The position numbers and the translations under genes were made by a program. A stretch of 64,000 nt of DNA from Haemophilus sputorum CCUG 13788 (GTDB taxonomy: Bacteria; Pseudomonadota; Gammaproteobacteria; Enterobacterales; Pasteurellaceae). The notes under the pieces are model-generated. The model had not been told where the DNA came from and made no database searches. It worked only from the letters and a program-made list of their open reading frames with translations. The DNA is taken from NCBI RefSeq assembly GCF_000238795.1, contig NZ_AFNK01000035.1, positions 1 to 64,000 on the forward strand, in the 5' to 3' direction. Below are positions 11,149 to 22,162 of the stretch, piece by piece (the first letter of the stretch is position 1; each line of letters opens with the position of its first letter).

Positions 11149-12129
11149 CTAAATCCAGCCAATCTGTTTTAAAAGGAATAATCCCACATTAGTACTAATG
11201 ACTGAACCAATTGTGGTAAGTCCAATTAAATTCGCCGCGCCAGTACCATTGCCGCCATAAGCACGAGTCATCGCATAAACAGCTGCGGCAACTGGTGCGG
11301 ATGCCGTTAAGAAAATTATACCTAACTGAATCGGGGAAAGTTGGAAAACCCATTTGCCTAGTGCAAAAAGAAATATTGGCGCAAACACAAGGCGAATAGC
11401 TGCCGAATAAAGTACGACACGATTAAGCTCTTGTTCAGCTTTATCTTCACTTCTTAGGCGGTATAACGCTTTAAAGTCAATGCTCGCTCCGATACAAATG
11501 AGCGCTAATGGCAACGTTACTTGGGCAAGCGGTTGCAATGATTTCATCACTGGCGTTGGAATACGAATTTCAAAATAGTTAAATACCATGCCCACAATAA
11601 TGGCTAAAATCAGAGGATTTTTGATAACCGCTTGCAATAGTTTCATTGCATTCGGTTTTTCATTACTCAATGAATTAAGAATTGTCACCACACCAAGACT
11701 ATTGAAAATAAGCACTAAAAATGCTGTATAAAGCGAAACAGGGGCAATCCCAGCATCGCCATAAGCATTGATAACTAAAGCCAGCCCTAAAATCGCAGCA
11801 TTTGTTCGGAAAGTGCCTTGCGTGAAAATACAACGATATTCACGCGTTTGAATATTTCGCGCGGCCCACCACTCTGCCCAAAGGTAAATGATCAACGTGC
11901 CGACTAAACCAGTTAGAATCAAATTGATTTCTTGTGCAAAATTCAGCGGGCTTTTAATGACATTTAAAAACAACATTGGCGGCAAGGTAAAATTAAAGAC
12001 CAGCTTAGATGCCGTATGACAAAAAGCATCATCTACAAATTTTCGACGACGTAAAAATACGCCCACGAACATGAGAAAAATAATTGGGAAAGTAACCCCA
12101 AAACTATATTGCAATGATTCCCAAAACAT
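11149..12129 (-). CDS. AEC-family (auxin efflux carrier-like) membrane permease
   Basis: Polytopic membrane protein of ~326 aa. The start at MFWESL has a good RBS (aggtaag). Resembles the YfdV/malonate transporter family. Confidence 0.55.
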   Translation of the reverse strand: MFWESLQYSFGVTFPIIFLMFVGVFLRRRKFVDDAFCHTASKLVFNFTLPPMLFLNVIKSPLNFAQEINLILTGLVGTLIIYLWAEWWAARNIQTREYRCIFTQGTFRTNAAILGLALVINAYGDAGIAPVSLYTAFLVLIFNSLGVVTILNSLSNEKPNAMKLLQAVIKNPLILAIIVGMVFNYFEIRIPTPVMKSLQPLAQVTLPLALICIGASIDFKALYRLRSEDKAEQELNRVVLYSAAIRLVFAPIFLFALGKWVFQLSPIQLGIIFLTASAPVAAAVYAMTRAYGGNGTGAANLIGLTTIGSVISTNVGLFLLKQIGWI

Positions 12130-12248
12130 ACTGCTTACCTGATTTTTTGTGATTATTTGGCATAATGAGAAGTAAAAAATAGCACGAACAAAATACAAAT
12201 AGAAATAATTTTTTGAAAGCCTTAGCTTATTTTCACTATAAAAAAAAC

Positions 12249-12275
12249 ATAGCCCGAAATTCGGGCTATGTTTTG
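12249..12275 (-). terminator. Rho-independent terminator downstream of prfB
   Basis: catagcccgaatttcgggctatg hairpin with flanking T-run on the minus strand. Confidence 0.55.
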
Positions 12276-12284
12276 ATAGGATGC

Positions 12285-13383
12285 TTAAAGTCCGGCTTTA
12301 AGGCTGGCTTCGATAAATTTATCTAAATCACCATCTAAAACCGCTTGAGTATTACGGTTTTCTACGCCTGTTCGTAAATCTTTAATGCGAGAATCATCTA
12401 ACACATAAGAACGAATTTGGCTTCCCCAACCAATATCAGATTTACTCTCTTCCATTGCTTGTTTTTCCGCATTCTTTTTCATCATTTCCATTTCAAACAA
12501 TTTTGCTTTTAACTGCTTCATCGCCTGATCTTTATTTTGATGTTGAGAACGACCGTTTTGGCATTGCACCACAATACCCGACGGCATATGGGTAATACGC
12601 ACTGCAGATTCAGTTTTATTGACGTGCTGACCGCCCGCACCAGAAGCACGGTAAACATCAATCCGTAAATCTGCTGGATTGATTTCAATATCAATATCAT
12701 CATCGATTTCTGGATAAACAAAAGCCGCAGCAAACGAAGTATGGCGACGATTATTTGAGTCAAACGGACTCTTACGGACTAAACGATGAATGCCTGTTTC
12801 AGTGCGTAACCAGCCAAAAGCATATTCGCCAGAAATCTTAATGGTTGCAGATTTCAGACCAGCTACATCACCATCAGAAACCTCAATCAGTTCGGTTTTA
12901 AAGCCTTTACTTTCCGCCCAACGTAAATACATTCTGAGCAACATTTCTGTCCAGTCTTGCGCTTCTGTTCCGCCTGATCCTGCCTGTAAATCGACATAAC
13001 AATCTGCTGCATCATGCGCACCACTAAACATTCTTTGGAATTCTAATTTTGCTAATTTTTCTTCTAGCTGATCAGCTTCGGCTTGCGCTTCTTGGAAAGT
13101 ATCTATATCTTCTGCTTCAACCGCTAATTCAATTAAGCCTTCAACATCTTCAATCCCTTGATCTAAGTCTTTAATGGTATTGACCACCAATTCTAAACTC
13201 GCACGCTCTTTTCCTAGCGCTTGCGCTTTTTCAGGTGTATTCCAAATTTCAGGTTGCTCTAATTCAGCATTCACTTCTTCTAAACGTTCAACTTTCAGAT
13301 CAAAGTCAAAGATACCCCCGAAGCAAATTTGTGCGTTCAGCCAAATCCGCTAATTGGGTTTTAATGGGATTTAATTCAAACAT
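12285..13383 (-). CDS. prfB: Peptide chain release factor 2, made by a programmed +1 ribosomal frameshift
   Basis: Short ORF0 [25 protein letters not shown] ends at an in-frame TGA inside the canonical CUU UGA C shift site (complement of 13305..13311). The +1 frame continues into the 329-aa ORF, which carries the GGQ motif ([11 protein letters not shown]) and the SPF motif. Confidence 0.9.
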
Positions 13384-13593
13384 GATTTTTCCTTCTAAAT
13401 AATTCGGCGCGTATTATAACGTAAGCGGTTAAATTGTTGGAAAGTTTTGCAAATCAGAAAGGCAGAAAAAAAGAACCCTACGGAAAACCCGCAGGGCAAA
13501 TCTTTTGTTCTAATTCTGGAGGTATGAATCAACTGTTTTATAAAAGGAGACAAATAAAACAAAGAACAAAAGTAAAAACTAAAGGAAATTAGT

Positions 13594-13669
13594 TGGCTCC
13601 TCCTGCGGGACTCGAACCTGCGACATATGGATTAACAGTCCACCGTTCTACCGACTGAACTAAGGAGGA
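13594..13669 (-). tRNA. tRNA-Asn (anticodon GUU)
   Basis: The reverse complement reads tcctccttagttcagtcggtagaacggtggactGTTaatccatatgtcgcaggttcgagtcccgcaggaggagcca. 7-bp acceptor stem, GUU anticodon in a CU-GUU-AA loop, T-loop TTCGAGT, 3' CCA encoded. Near-identical to enterobacterial tRNA-Asn. A terminator-like hairpin lies downstream (~13466-13500). Confidence 0.85.
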
Positions 13670-13752
13670 ACAAAACAAGGTTATAATAGGCGAATTTATC
13701 AAATGAGTCAAATGCTCCGTTTAAAATTCACTTTTTATTGCATTTTTTACAA

Positions 13753-14499
13753 TTAAGGCTGGCAAATTACACAATTTGACATTTGAGGTAGCTTCATTTC
13801 GCGTACAGAAAAATGTAAGCCATCTATCAATAATAATTTCCCAGCTAAACTTTTCCCAATATTCAATAAGAGTTTAATCGCTTCTAATGCTTGCAAGCTA
13901 CCAATCACTCCCACAATAGGCGCTATCACCCCGGCTTCTACACAGCTTAAGGTTTGCTCGCCAAATAATTGGCTTAAACATTGATAACAAGGCTCGCCTT
14001 GTTGATACGTAAAGACTGAAACTTGCCCTTCAAAACGAATAGCCGAACCAGAGACAAGCGGTCGTTTTTGTGCAAAACATTGCAAATTGAGCTGATTTCT
14101 CACCGTAACATTATCTGTACAATCTAATACTAAATCACAGTTCGCAATCAATTCTGCCCAAGTTGCCTCATCGCAATGCTGATTAAGCGCTTTAATCTGA
14201 ATATGGGGGTTAATCGCTTCCAATCTTGCTTTTGCAGAAAACACTTTTGGCTGTCCAATGTTTGCATCTGTATGCAATATTTGACGTTGCAAATTAGAGA
14301 GTGAAACCGTATCAAAATCGACCAACGTTAAATGCCCTACTCCAGCTGAAGCTAAATATTGTGAAGCAGCACAACCTAACCCACCTAAACCAACAATTAA
14401 CACGCGTGCTGCTTTGAGTTTTTCTTGCCCTTCAAAATCGACGCTTTTTAATGCAATTTGGCGGTTATAACGCAGCATTTCTTGATCGGAGAGTTCCAT
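13753..14499 (-). CDS. moeB: Molybdopterin-synthase adenylyltransferase MoeB
   Basis: ThiF/MoeB fold with GLGGLGC nucleotide-binding motif and C-terminal CxxC pair. 248 aa. Adjacent to moeA. Confidence 0.85.
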   Translation of the reverse strand: MELSDQEMLRYNRQIALKSVDFEGQEKLKAARVLIVGLGGLGCAASQYLASAGVGHLTLVDFDTVSLSNLQRQILHTDANIGQPKVFSAKARLEAINPHIQIKALNQHCDEATWAELIANCDLVLDCTDNVTVRNQLNLQCFAQKRPLVSGSAIRFEGQVSVFTYQQGEPCYQCLSQLFGEQTLSCVEAGVIAPIVGVIGSLQALEAIKLLLNIGKSLAGKLLLIDGLHFSVREMKLPQMSNCVICQP

Positions 14500-14568
14500 A
14501 ACGTTTGAGTCTCTTTATTGATAACAATGGGCGTACAAAGTACGCCCTAAAATATTTCGTGAAAAGGT

Positions 14569-15792
14569 TTAACTTAATAACGCATTAAACGGTTGAATTG
14601 TCACTTTTTCGCCTGCTGCCACATTACTGCGTTCAGCCTCTAATACGATAAAGCAGTTACTTTCATAAAATGCGCTAAAGATATGTGAACCTTGCATCCC
14701 AACGGCTTTTACCATCAAGTTGCCTTGTTCATCTAAATAATAAAATCCGCGTTGGAAATCTTGTCGTCCAACCGCTTTTTTCAGATTTGTTGCCGCGCAA
14801 GCGGTTAAATTTGTCGTTAAATTTGCAATTCCTTGAGCATTAAAGCCAGATAATTTGGCTAATGCTGGCTGTACTAATTGGTAAAATGTGACTAACGCCG
14901 AAACTGGGTTACCCGGTAATCCAAAGAACCATGTTTTGCCTAACTGACCAAAAGCAAAAGGTTTGCCCGGCTTCATCGCAATTTTCCAGAAATTTACTTT
15001 GCCCAATTTTTCTAACACCGCTTTAGTGAAATCAGCTTCCCCAACAGAAACACCGCCGCTTGTAATCAATACATCACTAGCCGCTTGTGCTTCACTAAAC
15101 GTTTTTTCAAAAAGCGCTGGATCATCAGATAAAATGCCATAATCTAGAATTTCACAATTTAATTTTTCTAGGAGTAAGCTTACAGTAAAGCGATTAGTAT
15201 CATAAATTTTGCCAGCTTCTAATGGTTCACCAACACTGGTTAACTCATCTCCCGTTGAAAGAATGGCAACTTTTAAACGGGAAAAAACAGAAACATGCGC
15301 AATACCTAATGAAGCCAATAACGGTAAGCTAGCCACGTTAAGTTTGCTGCCTTTCGCTAACACTAAAGCGCCTTGCTTCACATCTTCCCCGACTCGGCGA
15401 ATGTTCGCACCGAGCTTAGGTTGTGCATTAAAACGAATACGATCATCGGCAACCGTTTCTGCCTGTTCTTGCATAATCACAACATCTGTGCCAGCTGGAA
15501 TCATCGCTCCTGTCATAATCCGTACACATTCGCCAGCTTGAATTTGTCCAGTGAATGGATTGCCTGCAAAACTTTTTCCAATAACGCGAAAATCAGCAAA
15601 TTTTTCTAAATCTTCAAAACGAAGCACATAACCATCCATCGCTGAATTATCAAAGCCTGGCACATCAATCGGGGAAAAAATATCTTCTGCCAGAATACGA
15701 TTTGCACATTGATTTAATGGAAACGTTTCGATTGAGCTTGGTGTAGGTAATTGACCTAGCATCTCTTCTAACGCTTGATTTAATGGAAGCAT
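14569..15792 (-). CDS. moeA: Molybdopterin molybdenumtransferase MoeA
   Basis: 407 aa with typical MoeA domain order (...SGGVSVGEADF...GLPGNPVSA...). Lies upstream of moeB. Confidence 0.85.
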   Translation of the reverse strand: MLPLNQALEEMLGQLPTPSSIETFPLNQCANRILAEDIFSPIDVPGFDNSAMDGYVLRFEDLEKFADFRVIGKSFAGNPFTGQIQAGECVRIMTGAMIPAGTDVVIMQEQAETVADDRIRFNAQPKLGANIRRVGEDVKQGALVLAKGSKLNVASLPLLASLGIAHVSVFSRLKVAILSTGDELTSVGEPLEAGKIYDTNRFTVSLLLEKLNCEILDYGILSDDPALFEKTFSEAQAASDVLITSGGVSVGEADFTKAVLEKLGKVNFWKIAMKPGKPFAFGQLGKTWFFGLPGNPVSALVTFYQLVQPALAKLSGFNAQGIANLTTNLTACAATNLKKAVGRQDFQRGFYYLDEQGNLMVKAVGMQGSHIFSAFYESNCFIVLEAERSNVAAGEKVTIQPFNALLS

Positions 15793-15947
15793 TACGTTCT
15801 CCTTTTACGTTTTTATGACTACTGTGGCACATCAATCTATATAAATAGAAAGAATACCGACCAGTAAATGATTCATCACCACAGAGGCTAAATTTATCGT
15901 GTAAATCTTATCATAGCCAAGGTATGAATTTAATTCAGCAAGCAAAT

Positions 15948-16721
15948 TTATTTGCTTTCGGCTTGTAATAGCTTATCAATCACGCGACCTACTGCAAAAA
16001 AAGCGAACGTCGCAGTGACTATAGTTACCGCACCAAAGCCATTCGCACAATTCATTGTGGCTGAGATTTCACAACCTTCGCCCATCTTCGGGAAAATTAG
16101 GGGCTGGGTAGAAAAAACACAATCTACGCCAAATTTGCGTTTTGGATTTTGACTAAAATGATATTCCTTGCGTAGCAGCGCTCGAACTTTTGAGGCAAGT
16201 GGGTCTTGAATCGTCTTGCTTAAATCCGCAATTTGAATTTGACTCGGATCTGTCTGCCCGCCAGCGCCACCTGTAGTAATGAGGCGAATTTTATTGCGTT
16301 TACAATAGGCAATCAGTGCGGCTTTAGTTTTTACCGAATCAATCGCATCAATCACATAATCATAACCGCGGTTTAAATAATCCGCCAGATTATCTGGGCT
16401 AATGAAATCATCAATAATTTCAACTTGACATTCTGGGTTAATTTCCGCAATTCGTGTTTTCATGGCTTCCGTTTTTAAGGTTGCCACCGTGCTCGTTAAG
16501 GCATGAATTTGGCGATTGATATTGGTGACACAAATATCATCCATATCAATCATGGTAATTTTTCCGATACCAGAACGCGCCAGCGCTTCGACCGCCCAAG
16601 AGCCAACACCACCAATGCCAATCACACAAATATGCGATTGGCGCAATTTGGCTAAACCTTCTGGCGTATAAAGGCGACCAATGCCACCGAAACGTTGTTC
16701 AAAGTTATCTACTCTCGCCAT
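15948..16721 (-). CDS. tcdA: tRNA threonylcarbamoyladenosine dehydratase TcdA (CsdL/YgdL), E1-like
   Basis: QRFGGIGRLYTPEGLAKLRQSHICVIGIGGVGSWAVEALARSGIGKITMIDMDDICVTNINRQ matches E. coli TcdA. The start at MARVDN overlaps the uup stop. Confidence 0.8.
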   Translation of the reverse strand: MARVDNFEQRFGGIGRLYTPEGLAKLRQSHICVIGIGGVGSWAVEALARSGIGKITMIDMDDICVTNINRQIHALTSTVATLKTEAMKTRIAEINPECQVEIIDDFISPDNLADYLNRGYDYVIDAIDSVKTKAALIAYCKRNKIRLITTGGAGGQTDPSQIQIADLSKTIQDPLASKVRALLRKEYHFSQNPKRKFGVDCVFSTQPLIFPKMGEGCEISATMNCANGFGAVTIVTATFAFFAVGRVIDKLLQAESK

Positions 16722-18652
16722 TATAGATTTCCGTTTTTGATATTTTCTAATTGCTCCCAACGCTCGAAGGCTTGTTCTAATGCCATTTCTGCCTCAGCGA
16801 GTTTTTGCAGTTGCGCTTGTGTATAACTGGCTTCTTTACTAAAGAAATCCGCAGAATTCACTTCTGTTTGTAAGGCTTCCATTTCAGCTTCTAACGCTTC
16901 CATTTGTGCTGGCAATGCCTCTAACTCACGCTGTTCTTTATAGGAAAGTTTTACTTTCTTTTGCTCTGCTTTTGGCTTTTCAGCTTTCACTGGTTCGATT
17001 GCAAGCGGTTCATTTTTCTTCACATTTTGCGAATGGGCTGCAAGGCTTGCGTGATATTGGATTTGTTGCTGTTTCGCATCAAAATATCCGCCAATATATT
17101 TATTTACCACACCATCGCCTTCAAAGAAGAAACACTCTTCCACCGTATTATCAATAAATTGACGATCGTGACTCACAATAATCAAAGTGCCTTGGTAATC
17201 TGTTAACAGCTCTTCTAACAATTCTAAAGTCTCAACATCTAAATCATTGGTCGGTTCATCAAGAATTAACAGGTTATTCGGTTTGAGCAATAATTTAGCT
17301 AATAATAAACGATTACGTTCACCCCCAGAAAGTGCTTTAACTGGCGTCATTGCACGTTTTGGCGGAAATAAGAAATCTTGCAAATAACCTAAAACATGGC
17401 GTTTTACCCCGTTGACTTCAATATCTTGTTTACCGTCAGCAACGTTATCCATCACGGTTTTTTCTAAATCTAATTCTGCACGATATTGGTCAAAATAAGC
17501 CACCTCAAGCTTTGTGCCACAATGAATGGTGCCCGAAGTTGGTTGTAACTCGCCTAGTAATAATTTAATAAATGTTGTTTTACCACAACCGTTTGCACCA
17601 ACAAGTGCAATTTTATCGCCACGTTGAATAGTTGCGCTAAAGTTTTTCAACAAAGTTTTTCCTGCCACTTCGTAGCTTGCATTTTCAATGTCAAAAACGA
17701 TTTTGCCTGAACGCGTGCTTTGATCGATTTGAATTTTAGCACTACCCTGCACTTCTCGACGGTTACGGCGCTCTTCACGTAATTTTTTCAAAGCACGCAC
17801 GCGCCCTTCATTTCGTGTACGGCGAGCTTTAATGCCTTGACGAATCCAAACTTCTTCTTGCGCTAATTTTTTATCAAAGAGGGCATTTTGCAACTCTTCT
17901 ACACGCAAATCTTCCGCTTTGGTTTCTAAATAAAGATCGTAATTGCTCGGATAAGAGACCAACTTACCCCGATCTAAATCCACAATTCGTGTTGCCATTT
18001 TGCGGATAAAGCTACGGTCATGCGAAATAAAAATAATTGAACCTTTGAAATTAAGCAGTAAATCTTCTAACCAAGTAATGGCTTCCACATCTAAATGGTT
18101 GGTCGGCTCATCTAACAAGAGAATATCGGGATCAGCAACTAACGCTCGCGCTAATGCCGCACGGCGTACCCAACCGCCTGACAGTTCACACAATTTTTTA
18201 TCTGGGTCTAATTCTAATAATTTCAGTGTATCTTGAATGCGATTCTCAAATTGCCAACCATTATTATGTTCAAGCTGTGCTTGAATATGCGAAAGTTTTG
18301 TTAATAACTCATCGCTATAATCTGTCTGCATTTGTTGTGAAATGTGATGATATTGCTTTAATAAGTCGCTTAAATGTGCAATTCCTTCCGCCACATAATC
18401 AAATACGCTTTCTTGAACATGTCTTGGTGGGTCTTGCTCAAGACGGGTTATCACAATATCTTTTTCAAGCGTGAGCTTACCATCATCTAACTGAATCTCT
18501 CCGGCTAATACTTTCATTAAAGTCGATTTGCCAGCGCCATTTCGTCCAACTAAACAGACTCGTTCATTCGGTTCAATATGTAATTCGGTATGATCTAATA
18601 AAGGATGATCACCAAAACCTAAATAGGCATTGGATAAATTAAGTAGTGCCAT
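16721..18652 (-). CDS. uup: ABC-F family ATPase Uup
   Basis: Two ABC cassettes (GRNGAGKST / GANGCGKTT, both with LSGG signatures) and a C-terminal coiled-coil domain. The N-terminus from MALLNLSNAYLGFGD aligns to E. coli Uup. Confidence 0.8.
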   Translation of the reverse strand: MALLNLSNAYLGFGDHPLLDHTELHIEPNERVCLVGRNGAGKSTLMKVLAGEIQLDDGKLTLEKDIVITRLEQDPPRHVQESVFDYVAEGIAHLSDLLKQYHHISQQMQTDYSDELLTKLSHIQAQLEHNNGWQFENRIQDTLKLLELDPDKKLCELSGGWVRRAALARALVADPDILLLDEPTNHLDVEAITWLEDLLLNFKGSIIFISHDRSFIRKMATRIVDLDRGKLVSYPSNYDLYLETKAEDLRVEELQNALFDKKLAQEEVWIRQGIKARRTRNEGRVRALKKLREERRNRREVQGSAKIQIDQSTRSGKIVFDIENASYEVAGKTLLKNFSATIQRGDKIALVGANGCGKTTFIKLLLGELQPTSGTIHCGTKLEVAYFDQYRAELDLEKTVMDNVADGKQDIEVNGVKRHVLGYLQDFLFPPKRAMTPVKALSGGERNRLLLAKLLLKPNNLLILDEPTNDLDVETLELLEELLTDYQGTLIIVSHDRQFIDNTVEECFFFEGDGVVNKYIGGYFDAKQQQIQYHASLAAHSQNVKKNEPLAIEPVKAEKPKAEQKKVKLSYKEQRELEALPAQMEALEAEMEALQTEVNSADFFSKEASYTQAQLQKLAEAEMALEQAFERWEQLENIKNGNL

Positions 18653-18745
18653 TTTTCTAATTGCTCTCTTTAAATATGCAAGCGGTCGCTTTTCCCAAAT
18701 TTTTTGCAAAAGGTTTGGAAAAAACGACCGCTTGTTATGCTGTCA

Positions 18746-21439
18746 TTATGCCTCGCTTGAGGTTTCTACTGAAGTGTCATGATTTTCTGCACCATCGACA
18801 GATTCTTCATCTTCTTCAGGTTCACACACGCGTTCAAGGCTTACTACGCTTTCATCATCTGCAGTACGAATAATTCGTACCCCTTGCGTGTTACGTCCAA
18901 CTAGGCTCACTTCTGCAACGCGAGTACGTACTAAGGTACCAGCATCAGTAATCAACATAATTTGGTCTGCTTCTTCAACTTGTACTGCCGCAACCACTTT
19001 ACCGTTACGCTCATTTACTTTGATTGAAACAACCCCTTTCGTTGCACGAGATTTAATTGGATATTCACTTAATGCTGTTCGTTTACCAAAGCCATTTTGG
19101 GTTACAGTCAAGATTTCGCCTTCATTATGCGGAATCACCAGTGAAACCACTTTGTCAGTATTAAGATTTACTGCGCTCTCTTCTGCTTCTTCGTTTTCAA
19201 GATCAACAATTTCTGCTTCTTCGATCTCTTCTGATGAAATCTCGGTAGTAGCAAGTTTAATACCGCGCACCCCTGTTGCAGTCCGTCCCATTGCACGAAC
19301 CGCTTTTTCTTCAAAGCGAACCACTCGACCTTGTGCAGAGAACAACATAATTTCGCTCTCGCCGTTGGTAATATCTACACCAATTAGCTCATCGCCTTCG
19401 CGAAGTTTTAACGCAATCAGACCGCTTGAGCGAACATTGCTGAATGCATCTAACGTTACTTTCTTCACCACACCACTTGCGGTAGCCATAAAGACGAATT
19501 TATCTGCGCTAAATTCGCCGTTTGGAATTGGCAGAATCGCGGTAATACGTTCGTTTTCTTCTTTCACTAACGGCAGAATATTCACAATTGGTGTGCCACG
19601 TGCACCACGACTTGCTTGCGGTAATTGATACACTTTCAGTTGATATAAACGACCACGACTTGAGAAGCAAAGAATAGTGTCGTGAGTATTGGCCACTAAT
19701 AATTTTTCGATGAAATCATCTTCTTTCATCTTAGTAGCGGATTTACCTTTACCACCACGGCGCTGCGCTTCGTAATCTGAAAGTGGTTGATATTTCACAT
19801 AGCCTGCATGAGAAAGTGTCACAACCACATCTTCTTGTGCGATTAAATCTTCAATATTGATATCGCCTGAAGCCGCGGTAATTTCAGTACAGCGCTCATC
19901 ACCAAATTCTGCTTTTACACGCTCTAATTCTTCACGAATCACTTCCATTAAGCGGTCTGCGCTATTTAGAATATGAAGAAGTTCCGCAATTTCGGTTAAT
20001 AACTCTTTATACTCTTCAACGATTTTTTCGTGTTCTAAACCAGTTAAACGGTGTAAGCGAAGTTCTAAAATCGCACGAGCTTGCGCTTCAGAGAGATAAT
20101 ATTCGCCATCACGAATACCGAAATTTTCAGGTAAATCTTCAGGGCGAGAAGCATCTACGCCTGCTGCTTCAAGCATCGCAGCCACATTACCTAACGACCA
20201 GCTACGAGAAAGCAACCCTTCACGTGCTTCTTCAGCCGTTTTCGATTGACGAATTAACGCAATCACCGGATCAATGTTAGCTAACGCAATCGCTAAACCT
20301 TCTAAAATATGTGCACGTTCACGAGCTTTACGCAATTCAAAAATTGTACGGCGAGTAACGACTTCACGACGGTGTTTAACGAATGCTTCGATGATCTGTT
20401 TTAAATTCAAGACTTTTGGTTGGCCATTATCTAACGCCACCATGTTGATCCCGAAAGTGACCTGCATTTGAGTTAATGCATAAAGGTGGTTTAAAACAAC
20501 TTCACCTACGGCATCACGCTTAATTTCGATAACAATCGCGATCCCTTTTTTATCTGAGTGATCCTGAATGCCGCTGATGCCTTCAATTTTTTTATCTTTT
20601 ACTAATTCCGCAATTTTTTCGATAAGCTTAGCTTTATTCACTTGGTATGGTAACTCAGTCACCACAATTTGTTCGCGGCCTTTGTCAGTGGTTTCTACGC
20701 TAGCTTTTGCGCGCACATAAACTTTACCACGGCCTGAACGATAAGCCTCTTCGATCCCTTTACGGCCATTGATAATTGCCCCAGTTGGGAAATCTGGGCC
20801 CGGAATAAAATGCATCAACTCTTCTAAGCTGATTTGTTCATTCTCAATATACGCTAAGCAGCCATCTAAAACTTCACCAAGATTATGTGGCGGAATATTC
20901 GTTGCCATCCCTACCGCAATCCCCGATGAACCATTTACTAATAATGCAGGAATTTTAGTTGGCAAGACATCTGGAATCATCTCTTTGCCATCATAGTTTG
21001 GCGAGTAATCAACCGTTTCTTTATCTAAATCAGTGAGCAACTCTTGCGTGATTTTTTGCATCCGTACTTCGGTATAACGCATTGCCGCAGGTGCATCACC
21101 ATCAATAGAACCAAAGTTACCCTGCCCGTCTACAAGCATATAACGTAAAGAAAAAGGTTGCGCCATACGCACAATAGTGTCATACACCGCAGAATCGCCG
21201 TGTGGGTGGTATTTACCGATTACGTCACCAACGACACGTGCCGATTTTACGTGTGGACGGTTGAAAGTATTGCTATTTTGATCCATCGAGAACAATACGC
21301 GACGGTGAACCGGTTTTAAGCCATCACGCACATCTGGTAATGCACGTCCAACAATGACAGACATCGCATAATCGAGATAAGACGTTTTTAGCTCGTCTTC
21401 AATACTGACGGGGGTAATATCTTTGGCTAATTCGCTCAT
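18746..21439 (-). CDS. gyrA: DNA gyrase subunit A
   Basis: 897 aa. N-terminal region [22 protein letters not shown] with active-site Tyr region. QRDR-like segment [17 protein letters not shown]. Acidic C-terminal tail. Confidence 0.95.
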   Translation of the reverse strand: MSELAKDITPVSIEDELKTSYLDYAMSVIVGRALPDVRDGLKPVHRRVLFSMDQNSNTFNRPHVKSARVVGDVIGKYHPHGDSAVYDTIVRMAQPFSLRYMLVDGQGNFGSIDGDAPAAMRYTEVRMQKITQELLTDLDKETVDYSPNYDGKEMIPDVLPTKIPALLVNGSSGIAVGMATNIPPHNLGEVLDGCLAYIENEQISLEELMHFIPGPDFPTGAIINGRKGIEEAYRSGRGKVYVRAKASVETTDKGREQIVVTELPYQVNKAKLIEKIAELVKDKKIEGISGIQDHSDKKGIAIVIEIKRDAVGEVVLNHLYALTQMQVTFGINMVALDNGQPKVLNLKQIIEAFVKHRREVVTRRTIFELRKARERAHILEGLAIALANIDPVIALIRQSKTAEEAREGLLSRSWSLGNVAAMLEAAGVDASRPEDLPENFGIRDGEYYLSEAQARAILELRLHRLTGLEHEKIVEEYKELLTEIAELLHILNSADRLMEVIREELERVKAEFGDERCTEITAASGDINIEDLIAQEDVVVTLSHAGYVKYQPLSDYEAQRRGGKGKSATKMKEDDFIEKLLVANTHDTILCFSSRGRLYQLKVYQLPQASRGARGTPIVNILPLVKEENERITAILPIPNGEFSADKFVFMATASGVVKKVTLDAFSNVRSSGLIALKLREGDELIGVDITNGESEIMLFSAQGRVVRFEEKAVRAMGRTATGVRGIKLATTEISSEEIEEAEIVDLENEEAEESAVNLNTDKVVSLVIPHNEGEILTVTQNGFGKRTALSEYPIKSRATKGVVSIKVNERNGKVVAAVQVEEADQIMLITDAGTLVRTRVAEVSLVGRNTQGVRIIRTADDESVVSLERVCEPEEDEESVDGAENHDTSVETSSEA

Positions 21440-21832
21440 TGAGATTTCCTAATCAAGTTTATTAAAAAATTGCCCAATCTACCTTGGGCGAAAAAATTCG
21501 TACAAGTATAGCATAAAAAAGCAAAAAATGGCGTAAAAAGAGACACAACTGCACATCTACAAGCGGTCAACTTTTTGCATTTTTTTACCAAAATTAGACC
21601 GCTTGCTTTTCACATGAAAAAATAATGCCCGATTTTGCCTTGAAAATAGCAAATTCCATGCTTATAAAAACACCTTTCGGCAAGAAAGCTGTAATAAAGC
21701 AAACAAAGGCGATATTTTCTACTCGTTAAATGGCGCAAACTATGCTATTTTATCGCCCAATTTTCTCTGATTTTCTAATGAATCTGAGTAAACCCCGTTT
21801 TTATATTCACTTATTGATTACAAGGAGCTCTT

Positions 21833-22138
21833 ATGCAACAAGGTGGCGGTTTAGAGATGATTATTCTTCTCGTCGTATTTGGTTTAATTTTTTATTTCTT
21901 CGTGATTCGTCCACAATCAAAGCGTCAAAAAGAACAACGTGATTTACTTTCAAACTTAGCAAAAGGCGATGAAATCATGACCAATGGTGGTCTTATCGGT
22001 AAAATCACTAAAGTGAGCAACGATAACGAAAATATCATCATTGCATTAAACGATAGCACTGAAGTCATGATTTCACGTAACTTCGTGGTAGCAACTTTAC
22101 AAAAAGGCACCATGAAAGCATTAAGAGATCAACAATAA
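21833..22138 (+). CDS. yajC: Sec translocon accessory protein YajC
   Basis: LLVVFGLIFYFFVIRPQSKRQKE matches YajC. Strong RBS aggag. Lies upstream of secDF. Confidence 0.8.
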   Translation: MQQGGGLEMIILLVVFGLIFYFFVIRPQSKRQKEQRDLLSNLAKGDEIMTNGGLIGKITKVSNDNENIIIALNDSTEVMISRNFVVATLQKGTMKALRDQQ

Positions 22139-22162
22139 TTTTAATTATTCGGGAGAACTATT

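Noticed and set aside
18888-19628. 246-aa ORF on the plus strand inside gyrA
   Set aside because: Antisense to a highly conserved gene. Ser/Thr/Arg-rich low-complexity translation typical of spurious antisense frames. No RBS.
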